Source of the DNA: Eledone cirrhosa
Taxonomy: Eukaryota
Length of the DNA: 64,000 nucleotides
Direction: 5' to 3'
Assembly: GCA_964016885.1 (NCBI GenBank)
Contig: OZ024743.1
Location: 147,374,001 to 147,438,000, forward strand
Below are positions 44,672-57,043 of the stretch, one piece after another. The notes under the pieces are model-generated. The model was given only the letters and a program-made list of their open reading frames with translations, was not told the DNA's origin and made no database searches. The position numbers were made by a program, and so were the translations under genes. How positions within the stretch are numbered: the first letter of the stretch is position 1; the number at the start of each line of letters is the position of its first letter.

Positions 44672-45952
44672 ATAAAAAGAGCTCCCGACTCACCCTTCGA
44701 CGTCAGCATGGGCGCTACGGATTCGGCTGAGGTCACAGATCTTATAGGATTATTCCTAATAGCCAAACTCACCGATATGTTTCCTGCATTCGGTGGTGGA
44801 TTGTACCGTGATGATGGGCTCCTTACCCTTAAAGGGTACAACCCCAGTAGTACAGATCGGGTCCGGAAACAATTAATCAGCTTCTTCCGCGACTGGGGAT
44901 TTAAAATAATCCTACAAACGTCCCTGACCCGAGTAAACTTCCTGGACGTTACCCTGGACCTCGAAAACGACCTGTACTACCCATACAGGAAACCTAATGA
45001 CAACCTGCACTACATCCACCGCCGATCAAACCATCCTAGGAACATCACCAACAAACTGGTCAAAAACATCGCCCTCCGCATATCCTGTTTGTCAGCTAAT
45101 GAGCGGATATTCGATGAACATGTGCCTTATTACAACCAGGCCCTCAGGCGGAGTGGTTTCCGGGAGGAAATATCCTACTGTCCTGCTCCCATTAACGGAA
45201 CCAGCAGGCGACACCGCCGCTCACGCAATGCAACATGGTTTAATCCTCCCCACAACGCATAGGTGACAACTCCCATCGGGACAATATTCTTTAGGCTCAT
45301 TGAAAAACTCTTCCCAATACAACACCGCTACCACAACATAATTAACAAAAATACCATCAAACTCTCTTACAGCACTACACCAAACTTCGCACAAAATATA
45401 GTCTCCTCTAACAACAAAAAACTCAACCCCGATGGAAGAAATAACCTAAATAGCAGTGAAGAGCCGACCAGGAGGTGCAACTGTCCTGATAGATCCATTT
45501 GCCCCCTCGACAACAGATGCAGAGACCATAATGTGATCTACCAGTGCAACGTGAGGATGGACACCTCCAACAAAGCTTATATAGGACTAACCGCATGTGA
45601 CTTCAAGACCCGTCTATACCAACATAGACTTACCTTCCGAAACCCGGCCCGGCGTCACGCCACTACACTTTCAGGCCACATATGGGACCTCAAGGACAAC
45701 AACATCACCTATTATCTCACTTGGAGATTACTGTCCAGAGCCAACTCTTACACGGGAGGACGCCGTCCGTGCAATTTATGCTCGGAGGAAACTTTACAAA
45801 CGCTGTTTTCGACGGACCAACTCCTAAACAAGAAAGATGAACTGGTTACTGCATGTAAACATAGATTGCGTAGGACTTACCTCGCCCTCAAACCCCATAA
45901 TGACCCGGGTGGGGGGTGGGATGGGGGGGGGGGGGGTAGACTAGGGCTATAA
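44672..45952 (+). pseudogene. PLE polyprotein C-terminal half (RT palm/thumb, Cys linker, GIY-YIG endonuclease) with a single TAG at 45260-45262
   Basis: FDVSMGATDSAEV, GLYRDDGL, VNFLDVT, SNHP, WFNPP, CNCx5CPx4C, VIYQC..YIGLT, CNLC..E, CKH. Confidence 0.9.
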
Positions 45953-46705
45953 CACCCCACTTGCCGATTTTGTATTGGGTAACCCCTGCTTGCCAAGGGA
46001 GACGTAAGATCTTCTTTTTATTCCTTTATCGCTTCCTCTATATTTCCTTCTTCCCCATCCCTCCCTAGTCCTTCTACCCCAGTTCTTTTTCTTTGTCGGC
46101 GTATTTTTCTCGCCCACCCGAGGCAGCCCTTTGGCCCCTTGTAGCCTCAGTACCCCCACCCCTCCCCTAGTCTATAGATTTGGCGGACTCCGCTTTTTAT
46201 AGCAGTTGTGTTAGACCTCGGATACTTGCCCCCTTATCCGACCGCTCCCCCTTTTTTCCGTGCCTTCTATATTTCTTAGTGGCACCTCTGCCTTAATTTC
46301 TCGTTTCAGTATTTCTTTCTTCTCTTTTCTTTTGGGCGGGGTGGATTCTGAATTTATTTTTCCGTATTCTACTTTTACCTCGTACGAACTTTCATGTATC
46401 TTGTATAAGAACTTTTGTAGCGTGGCGGTACCATTAGAGTTAGCATTAGTATATTTTTTTCGGGACTCAGAATTATTATCTCGTACTAGTCTACTTTTCT
46501 GCACTGGGTGGTTGCTGGCCTTGTGCCTGGGGTAGAAACCTTTATTAATTATTTCGTGGTAGTTTCTTTAGTATCTTGGCCCCTTTGTTGACGCGTCACC
46601 GTATGATATACGTACTTATACACCTCTTAAAAGGGTCCTTTCCTATTCCGTCCCACCTAGTTTATTTACTTATTTTTTATTTCTTTATTTCTTTATTACC
46701 TTATT

Positions 46706-46741
<36 letters not shown>

Positions 46742-47123
46742 TATTTATTTATTTATTTATTTATTTATCTAGCCTAGCAATAGCTAGAGACTTAGGTCGT
46801 AGAAATTACTTATATATTTTTTTCTTTACATTTATTCGCTTTTTATCACTCTCAGTATTTTTTCTTTTCAAATATATATTTTTACCCTTCATTGTTCTAC
46901 TTACCGTTTCGACTTCCTCCCCCTCCCCCTCCCTAGTATCTTCTTTGACCTCATGCCCAGCTGTAGCCGGCACTACCAACGCATGATTGGGTCCACTCCA
47001 CCCCCTCCCCTTTTTTCCTACTGGCAGGTCTAGCCACCCTCTCCCCCACTAATTTGCCATCACAGAATTACTACTAACTTGTGACCAATCCTTGTGTCAA
47101 TCACTTTGACCATATATGGAATT

Positions 47124-47217
47124 ACCCCTTGAGAAGCTCGGCTATTTATATACCAGGATAAATTTTCATTTAGTCCAGAATAAGCCGTCGAAACGGCTTG
47201 AGCTCAGCCGTCGGGGT
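47124..47217 (+). ncRNA. Type I hammerhead ribozyme, U3-A8 core variant
   Basis: ACCCC-TTGAGAA-G..CGGCT...AGCCG.C-GAAA-CGGCT tgagctc AGCCG-TC^GGGGT (cut after 47212). Confidence 0.82.
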
Positions 47218-47308
47218 CTTACTGGTTCCTATTACCCACTCTACTACTCTAAGTATTGAGTACTTTGGTGCGTTATGGTCCACCTGGTTCCTTACCACAT
47301 TTCCTTCG

Positions 47309-47387
<79 letters not shown>

Positions 47388-48282
47388 GTATATATATAAT
47401 AAATTTGAAGACTAAAATCCAAAGAGGGCTCGATAAGGATAAATATATATAACTGAGAAAAATATATTGTTTTACATAGAGAGGTTGAAAAACCGTTGGA
47501 AGATAATATATAAATTAAAAGAATTTGAAAATTAACGAAGAGAAAAAATAATGTTAAGTTAAGGTTTGTATATTGAAGGGTTTAATAATATGTGCGATGA
47601 AAAGAAATTGTTAATATGTATTAAGAATAATATTTAAGGGTTTAATATGTGCGATGGAAAGAAAATGTTGATATGTATTATTTAAAAATGTAAAAATATA
47701 GCAATAGTAATGTAAGTAAGGATATATTGTGAAAGAAGTAGAAGATAGGATGAATAACTTAGATGAGCATGAAAGGGAGAAAAAATAATGAATTGAGGAT
47801 GAATAATCTAACGTCAAAACAAATGTTTATGTTTACGAAGGATTTTTTGAAGGTGATATAAAGTAAGAATATATTGTACTGTGTAATAATTGTTTCTATG
47901 TTAGGCACAATGAGAAAAGGTACAGATTAGGGGTTAGAAATTAAAAGAGAAAGAAAAGAAAAGGAAAAGGAAGAAAGGGAAGTGATAAATAGGAGTGATA
48001 TAGAATGAGTAACTAGTATTATATAATGTATAATACATAACTTTGAAATAAGGTAGAAAGATGGGTATATTTTTAAAGAAGTATATATATATATATATGT
48101 GCCTTTGAGAAAAGGATTTTAAATTGATAAAGTATTAGATATTAGCTGTATACTTTATGGAATGTTCTGTGGAATTTATGCAAGCAGAGAGAAAACAAGT
48201 TAGTGCGTCTATCCGATATCTGCATTGCTTTATTGTAATACAATAAAACTCACCTCCTACATTATATATATATATATACCCC

Positions 48283-48341
<59 letters not shown>

Positions 48342-48378
48342 TCATTCTTTGATGTACTCATTGAATCTTGTTTAACTC

Positions 48379-48444
<66 letters not shown>

Positions 48445-48448
<4 letters not shown>

Positions 48449-49567
48449 TATATTATATTTAGAGTTTAAACTCAAAGTCATTTACAATTAATCAGCTCAA
48501 AGAAAGAAGCATTTCCGAGCAGTGAAATACAAGTTAAAATATATTAATATATTATAAACACATACGTGTTTGTATTGTAAGAGACAAAGTTAGCTACAAT
48601 GAAATAAACTAATTAAAATGAATACAATTTGTCCGTCTCGTTATAAGTCAATAAAGACAAGCTTATATTGGCAAAAGCCGTGATTCCTGGACAAATTTAA
48701 ATTTCAAAATCCAAACCTGCTCCGTAGATGAATTTGAACTTCGAAACCTAAATATGTTTCGCAACGATGGTATAAAAATTGAAATATAAAAGAATTGAAA
48801 TATAAAAAGTGAAATATTCAAATCTTCTGTGCTTATCAACAGGAATCCAGTAAAATTAGTACATTTCACCTCCAAAAATTTTGCAGGACTGATTTACACG
48901 TGGTATAATCAGCTATACTAGCCATCCCATACTCCCAGTGCTAGAAATAACAGCCGTTTATATGGGATTAAAATTTGCTCTACAGTTAAGGAGCAATAAT
49001 ATTATATTATATTTAGAGTTTAAACTCAAAGTCATTTACAATTAATCAGCTCAAAGAAAGAAGCATTTCCGAGCAGTGAAATACAAGTTAATATATATTA
49101 ATATATGATAAACACATACGTGTTTGTATTGTAAGAGACAAAGTTAGCTAGAATGAAATATTGGGAGTATGGGATGGCTAGTATAGCTGATTATACCACG
49201 TATAAATCAGTCCTGCAAAATTTTTGGAGGTGAAATGTACTAATTTTACTGGATTCCTGTTGATAAGCACAGAAGATTTGGATATTTCACTTTTTATATT
49301 TCAATTTTTTTTATATTTCAATTTTTATACCATCGTTGCGAAACATATTTAGGTTTCGAAGTTCAAATTCATCTACGGAGCAGGTTTGGATTTTGAAATT
49401 TAAATTTGTCCAGGAATCGCGGCTTTTGCCAATATAAGCTTGTCTTTATTGACTTATATCGAGACAGACAAATTGTATTCATTTTAATTATTTCATTCTA
49501 GCTAACTTTGTCTCTTACAATACAAACACGTATGTGTTTATCATATATTAATATATATTAACTTGTA
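48445..49567. mobile_element. Non-coding 554-nt unit in partial tandem plus inverted copy, flanked by (TA)n
   Basis: 48445-48605 repeated at 49000-49160; 49161-49567 inverts ~48526-48938; end segment recurs at 53155-53245. Confidence 0.75.
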
Positions 49568-49872
49568 TATATATATATATATATATATATATACCATAAA
49601 ACATGTCTATAGAATCACCAGATAAAATATATACCTTTTCCTCTCCCAATTAGCATAATTAACCATATAAAAAAAGTCAATTAGACCAAGCTATAAGAAT
49701 AAAGGCTCCTATGAAGAAATCTCCGACAAATAACCGAAAGCAGCCCCTTCGCGGCGGTTACGACCGGTGATTTATCGAATATTTCTACAGCATGTATAAA
49801 TCGACCAGATATACAGTCAACTAAACAGAATTAGGTGTAAAATAAACTAGAAGAAATGTGTACACATTTAAT

Positions 49873-49952
49873 TACCTCTACCATGGTTTCGTCCGCATTT
49901 TAAGACATCCGATAACATTGGATATCTAGAGCTTCGGATTCTTCAGGAGTTA
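49873..49952 (-). ncRNA. Type I hammerhead ribozyme
   Basis: Reverse complement reads CTC-CTGAAGA-ATCCG...CGGAC-GAAA-CCATGG-TA^GAG. Confidence 0.75.
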
Positions 49953-50563
49953 GCTCAAATTTAGACAATTCATTTTCCAAAGTGATCGCGCCAAGAATAC
50001 ATTCAAAAATGGCTAAGAATCGTGACGTGGCAGCAGTCAAGTTAGAAAGGATGTAATTAGTTGCTTACGGCTGGTAGGCTTTTTGCTAGAAAGCGCAGCC
50101 CAATACAGCCAAAATTGTATCTCAACCTAACGGGAGATTATTACATAGGTTTACATATATATATATAGTCATAGATATATATGTGTTTTGCAACGGGTCA
50201 CTTTGTGGCTCAATGTGTTCACTTTTCTTCTAGTTTATTTTACACCTAATTCTGTTTAGTTGACTGTATATCTGGTCGATTTATACATGCTGTCGAAATA
50301 TTCGATAAATGAACCGCCGTAACCGCCGCGAAGGGGCTGCTTTCGGTTATTTGTCGGAGATTTCTTCATAGGAGCCTTTATTCTTATAGCTTGGTCTAAT
50401 TGATTTTTTATATGGTTAATTATGCTAATTGGGAGAGGAAATGGTATATATTTTATCTGGTGATTCTATAGACATGTTTTATGATATATAGCTCTGATTA
50501 TTTAATTTATTAATTCTTCATTGAGCCATAAAGTGACCCGTTGCAAAACACATATATATCTAT

Positions 50564-50613
<50 letters not shown>

Positions 50614-50813
50614 CTTTATATGTAATAATCTCCCGTTAGATTGAGATACAATTTTGGCTGTATTGGGCTGCGCTTTCTAGCAAAAATCCTACCAGTCGTA
50701 AGCAACTAATCACATCATTTCTAACTTGACTGCTGCCACCTCACGATTCTTAGCCATTTTTGAATGTATTCTTGGCGCGATCACTTTGGAAAATGAATTG
50801 TCTAAATTTGAGC

Positions 50814-50893
50814 TAACTCCTGAAGAATCCGAAGCTCTAGGTATCCAATGTTATCGGATGTCTTAAAATGCGGATGAAACCATGGTAGAGGTA
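50814..50893 (+). ncRNA. Type I hammerhead ribozyme with extended stem II
   Basis: TAACTC-CTGAAGA-ATCCG[...TATCC/GGATG...]CGGAT-GAAA-CCATGG-TA^GAGGTA (cut after 50887). Confidence 0.8.
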
Positions 50894-51024
50894 ATTAAAT
50901 GCGTACACTTTTCTTCTAGTTTATTTTATACCTAATTCTGTTTAGTTGACTGTATTTCCAGTGAATTTCCAACCGATAAGGTATGATTTTCATGAGTATG
51001 TCTCTATTTATAAAAAAAACTTTG

Positions 51025-51087
51025 TATTTTATCTGATGAAAGCGTACCAATATGTCTTGGTACCCTTGAAATATATATAATAAAATA
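51025..51087 (+). ncRNA. Hammerhead ribozyme, intact core
   Basis: TATTTTAT-CTGATGA-AAG c GTACCAA/TTGGTAC c CTT-GAAA-TATATA-TA^ATAAAATA. Confidence 0.8.
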
Positions 51088-51210
51088 AATATGGTTTTAT
51101 AAATATAGTTTCCATTTATTTAATATCATTGAATATTTACTCCAGTAAACTGTTGAGTGCTCTAAACATTTATATTCGTTGGACTTCCAACAAATTAAAT
51201 ACCCCTTCTA

Positions 51211-51271
<61 letters not shown>

Positions 51272-51895
51272 ATGAGTGTGTGTGTGTCTTTGATGTCCCT
51301 CATTCCACCGAGGAGTATACCATAATATTCATTGCATAAACATATCGGTCTAGATCTGTAAATTAGTATTCCTATTTATCCAATACTTAACAAACAGTTG
51401 ATAATACACGTGTGTGTATTAAGCGTCTACTGACAAACTTTTCAACAATGCGAATTTTAATTTTAATTTTTCATTCACTACACAAGTATTGTTGAATAAT
51501 TCGATTTTCTTTTCTGCCTATATCAATAGTGTTTAGAGTTCCTTATATCGTCTGTGTTGCCTTTATTCATAATTTTGCTTTTGGAAATAATAGTGTCATT
51601 GATTATAAGTTAATTTCAATGGCCACTAGCTTGTTCATTGCATTATAGCTTATCCTCTCATCGCATCATATGACGTTGTGGTCACATGCTATGTCTTTAA
51701 GTATGGGTTATGTGCGTGTATGTGTCTTCAGTCTTTAGTACGAGGTTTAACAAGATATAAAACTTTTTAAAGAACACTCTAAATGTACTTGTTCACTTTA
51801 AGCTATTCAATAAAATGCTCGTTTGGAAAATTCTTCGATAAACTTGGAGCAATTATGCGTCATGCTTTCATCATTTTGTACGTAAAAACAGCTGT

Positions 51896-52076
<181 letters not shown>

Positions 52077-53000
52077 TGCAGATACACATATATCCTTCTG
52101 GCTTTCTTGAAGTTTATTTACAAAATTTTGTGTTGAACTTTCTAAAACTGTTAGAATTTTCTTATAATTTTATTATAAATGTAACATTTTTACTGCAAGA
52201 CAAGATTCTAAATACTGCCTTTACAATGATAAAAACTGCTCGTCTACACTACATATGAAAAAAATTATTTTATACGTATGTAATTTGTATGTATCTGTGT
52301 GTAAAGGGGCTATATGTGTGTGTACTGGTATGTGTATGTGCGTGTGCCTGAGTATGTATGTGCGTGTAAGTGCATGTATCATACGTTTGTGTGCAGGAAT
52401 ATCTGACTTTGAACAAAATAATGCAAACTTCGTAATGATAACTTTAGGTTAAGCCCCGAACTCGAAAATCCATCGATTGAAAAATAAAATATAATACATT
52501 ATTGGTTTAGCTATAAAAAAATGTTTGTTAGTTAAGAAGAACAAATCGAGAAATATGGTTTATACGTAAATATGATAATAACGATACCTTGCAGATTATT
52601 CTTTTGAATCATATACCTCTTTGAAATGGAATATAATTTGGCACCGAACATATTCACTATATTTAAAGACTACAAAAAAGTACTTACATATGTCTTTAAG
52701 ACATGTAATATATATGCCAAACTTGCACATATATTACATCGCCTTTATAATTTGTTATGCTGACCTGTTGTGTTACATGGTCAGGCTTTTTTTCTGTGAA
52801 TCTTTGAACAAATCAAAACATTCTAAAACGCTATATATTGATGAAAATACATTTCTGTACAGGCTTTTCTTAACGCATGTGCAATAACATGCAAAAGCAC
52901 TTCGGAACCAGATTTTGCGCAGGTGCAATACATGGTATTTCACTAACTCAGTTCTAGGTAAAGTGTATAAGTGAGAAGAGAGAATGTGAATAAAGACAGA

Positions 53001-53085
<85 letters not shown>

Positions 53086-53121
53086 TACGTTATTCCGGGT
53101 TGAATAGTCCTGTAGAATCCC

Positions 53122-53155
<34 letters not shown>

Positions 53156-53257
53156 TATATTATATTTTGAGATAAAACTCTCAGTCGTTTACAATAAATC
53201 AGCTCCAAGAAAGGGGCATTTCCGAGCAGTTAAATACATTAATATATATATGATAGA

Positions 53258-53830
53258 GTGAGACAAAGAAATATCATTCTCCACGCCAGGAAGACAGTCC
53301 TACTTTTCGACAACTCTAAGTGGATAAAGAGAGCTCCCGACTCCCCCTTCGATGTCAGTATGAGCGCGACGAATTCGGCCGAGGTCACAGATCTTATAGG
53401 ATTATTCCTACTATTTAAACTGACCGAAATGTTTCCTGCATTCGGCGGTGGATTGTACCAGGATGATGGGCTCCTCACCATCAAAGGGTACAACCCCAGT
53501 AGTACTGACCGGGTCCGTAAACAACTAATCAACTTCTTCCGGGACTGGGGATTTAAAATCACCCTACAAACGTCCCTAACCCAAGTCAATTTCCTGGACG
53601 TTACCCTTAACCTTGAAAATGATATGTACTACCCATACAGGAAACCAAACGACAACCTGCATTACATCCACCGCCGCTCTAACCATCCTAGAAACATCAC
53701 CAATAACCTGGTTAAAAACATCTCCCTCCGCATATCTCGTTTGTCCGCTAATGAGCAGATATTCGACGAACACGCGCCTCATTACAACCAGGTCCTCAAG
53801 CGGAGTGGCTTCCGGGAGGAAATATCCTTT
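53258..53830 (+). mobile_element. Naiad-type PLE internal RT fragment
   Basis: IILHARKTVLLF..WIKR...FDVSMS...GLYQDDGL...SNHP...RSGFREEI. Confidence 0.9.
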
Positions 53831-55033
53831 TATATATACGCTCTTCTTCTTCCTCCTAATAAGAATTTGTGTTTTTGCATCTCTCTGTTTGTCTTGTCAT
53901 TTCTTGCACTATATATATATATATTATATATGACACTTGTAATAGACTAAACAGGAAAGGGGTAAAGCACTAAAAGAATTAAAGACCATAAAAGCATTAA
54001 AGTGACGATGGATACAATCTTTGAACTATGAGGCTATGGATATGTTAGGTTGGGATGAATTGAATTTGAAATATAACAGAAGTGGTTCAGATAGTTGTGG
54101 ACTGGCATTAAATGAAATCTAATGTTTGCTTAAGTGCTGAATGGCAGACTCGTTACAACACCGGATAGAATGCTTTGCGGTATTCGTCCCGGCCCTCTGC
54201 TCTCTGAGTTGAAACCCTGCCGAAGGCAACTTTGTCTTTAATCCATTCGAGTTCGATTAAAAAAGTACCAATCATGTACTGGGGCCAATTCTTCTTCTAT
54301 ATCTCTTTTTCACTTCCATTCTCTCACTCTATTCTGTACTCAAGCTTAAAACTTGCTATAGAAACTAAATCTTCCTTTAATTACATCCTACTGTCTTACT
54401 ATAAGAATAATTTTGTCTGAGTTTGCGCCTAAGCAGTTTGAATTGAAATTAAACACCAATAACTGCATTGTATGTTTTCGTTGAGATTACTAATGTATAT
54501 ATTTGCAGAATCATTTGCAGAATCATTAAAATAGTATTTGTTCAAATCGTGATGTGGTCATCTTTACTCTTCATCATTTTCAGGTTGATAAATGAAATAC
54601 CATTCAAGCAGTGCTGTCGATTCTTCTTCAATCGCTTCTCGGATACGTTGCTCTGCCGGAAGACTAGAGGCATGTTATTTACAGCGCTCCTTTCTCTACA
54701 CATGAAGAGGGATTGATTAAATAGCTAAGAAGGTCTTCTCATAAACGAAACCGAGAATGAACTGATGTGCAGCCGAGCATGGCGTGAAAATGAGGATTGA
54801 GATTAGTAGTCCGCAAATCTCAAACTATTCCGTAACGATATGTGTGTCTCAATGTGTCGACACTCTCGGGCTTTTTTAATAGGATGTAAAACTATGATAA
54901 ACTATACTTTTTAATAATTTAACATGGATGTAATCATAAAGGTATACTTTCATAATTTAATACGGAAGATATTAGTTTTTACCACTTAGATTTTGAAGGA
55001 AAAGCAGCTTCCGCGAACAATTAATATTTTTCT

Positions 55034-55064
<31 letters not shown>

Positions 55065-56770
55065 GTCTCTAAATGCTTTTAATTGAATGAACTCAGCTAA
55101 ATTCTCCTGAAGACCAGGTTAGTATTTTTTAAACCAGTTTACAGATTAAGATAACCATCTACGGATCAAATGCCACAAAGCATCTCATGTTACGCTCTAA
55201 CAATACTACAAATCCACTGCTTTCGGGTGGTACTTTAGTTTATCGATAATGAACGAACAAATGGCAAGGTTTATCTTAGCGGGGTTTGAACTTCATACGC
55301 AGAAATCCAGAACTATTTATGCAAGCTTTTCACTTCAATGACACTATTAGTTTGGCACCTTAGCCAATTCACAGAGTTATTTCTAGGAAGCTTCCCTTGC
55401 TACGTTCGATGGTAGTAGAGTTGGTAGAGATGCAGTTCAGTTCGTAGTGGTAATATTAATGTTGAGGTGGGATCTAACAGGAAATGGTAATTAATGATTT
55501 TAAAATTTGTATTCATGAGGATGTTGCGGTGGGAGTGGTGGTTAGCTAATGGTCGGGGATAGTCGGTTTATGAATTGTGGTCTGGCTGCTATTATGTTGA
55601 TGTGTGCTTACTGGTGGTATTGGTATTGAAAGTAATGGTGATAGTGATTGTTTTATACAGAAGAGATGCTATTAGTAGTGATAGTGATTAAGATGATGGT
55701 TATGTTTCAAGGAGGGGAGATATTTAGAAAACGAAATGAAATGCGAGGAACAGAGTTGTTTGTTGTTGTTATTGTAGTTGTTTTTGTTGTTGTTAGGAGG
55801 GAAAATTGGCTACATCTTTGTTGGTTGTGTATTCAAATATTGCCGAATACATGGTGAGAGTTGTGGTGTTAGAACTGCTGGTGACAGTCTTGTTATTGTT
55901 CGTGGTGGTTATAGGTATGGTGGAGGTTGTAATGTTGATGATATCTGTAGTGGGCTGAGGGCTAGTGAGGGAAAGTGGAGGGTGTAATTGAGTTGGGATA
56001 GTTGTAAAGTTGTTGTTGGCGGTGTATGTTTTATATGAGCAATGATTTCATTTAGGATAAGTAGAAAACGACAGAGAGACAGATATATAGTGAGACAGAG
56101 AAAAGTGGAAGTAAGAGAAAGTGTGAGAGAAAGACTGAGACTGAGAGAAAACGAGATATAGTGTATGAGAAAGGAAGAGGCTGGAACGAGACGATGTATG
56201 TTAAGGAGGGTGGGGAGAGATGAAAAGTTAACAGATATTTAACTGTTAACTAATCAGCATCCATTGTGTCCATCTGGGTAGGTGTGCGATTGTATGGTTC
56301 TGTGTGGGGGATGACGGGGCGAGAATCGAGGGAAGGATGGAGGGTAAGTGTTGGCGTGGCTCTGTGGTTGTTATATAAACGAGATGGGAGGTATGGTTTT
56401 GGTGAGGGTTTTCAAGACGGGGTTCTTCTATTCAACTAAAAGATTCGTGAAATGAAAGACATAATTAGCATGACGGTTTAAAGAATTGTTTTCAAAAAAG
56501 ACTGTTCCTATCTCTTTATCTATTGGTCTTTCTTGTTAACTTTCTGTATTTTTGTATATATGTATGTATGTATATATGTATGTAGTGTATCTGTCTTTAT
56601 GTATGTAAGTATACATGCATTCTGTATGTAATCACACATGTATCTATGAAATATATGTATGTATATATGTATGTGTATATGTGTGCATGTTTGTATTTAT
56701 GCATGCATTTACAACTTCTCTCTCCTCTCCTCTATCTTTATCTATACCTCTTATTCTCTACACACCTTAG

Positions 56771-56954
56771 TTCTTCTTCTTCTTCTTCTTCTTCTTCTTC
56801 TTCTTCTTCTTCTTCTTCTTCTTCTTCTTCTTCTTCTTCTTCTTCTTTTTCTTTTTCTTTTTCTTCTTCTTCTTCTTCTTCTTCTTCTTCTTTTTCTTCT
56901 TCTTCTTCTTCTTCTACTTCTTCTTCTTCTTCTTTTTCTTCTTCTTCTTCTCTC

Positions 56955-57040
<86 letters not shown>
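56771..57040. repeat. (TTC)n followed by (CT)n microsatellite
   Basis: Direct reading. Confidence 0.95.

Positions 57041-57043
<3 letters not shown>

Larger units (their letters stand above)
44581..47309 (+). mobile_element. Naiad-type Penelope-like element, 5'-truncated with 5' inverted segment
   Basis: RT plus GIY-YIG reading frame, ~1.35 kb 3' UTR with HHR, (TA)n end; 44581-44675 is the reverse complement of ~46455-46551. Confidence 0.92.
49590..50955. mobile_element. Two opposite-strand copies of the ~686-nt hammerhead element
   Basis: Minus copy 49590-50214; plus copy 50212-50955 with terminal redundancy 50212-50269 / 50898-50955. Confidence 0.8.

Noticed and set aside
45260-45262. In-frame stop in the Naiad ORF as possible selenocysteine recoding, known in some Naiads
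   Set aside because: The codon is TAG, not TGA; it aligns to a sense codon in the 13-kb copy; the linker cysteines use TGC/TGT
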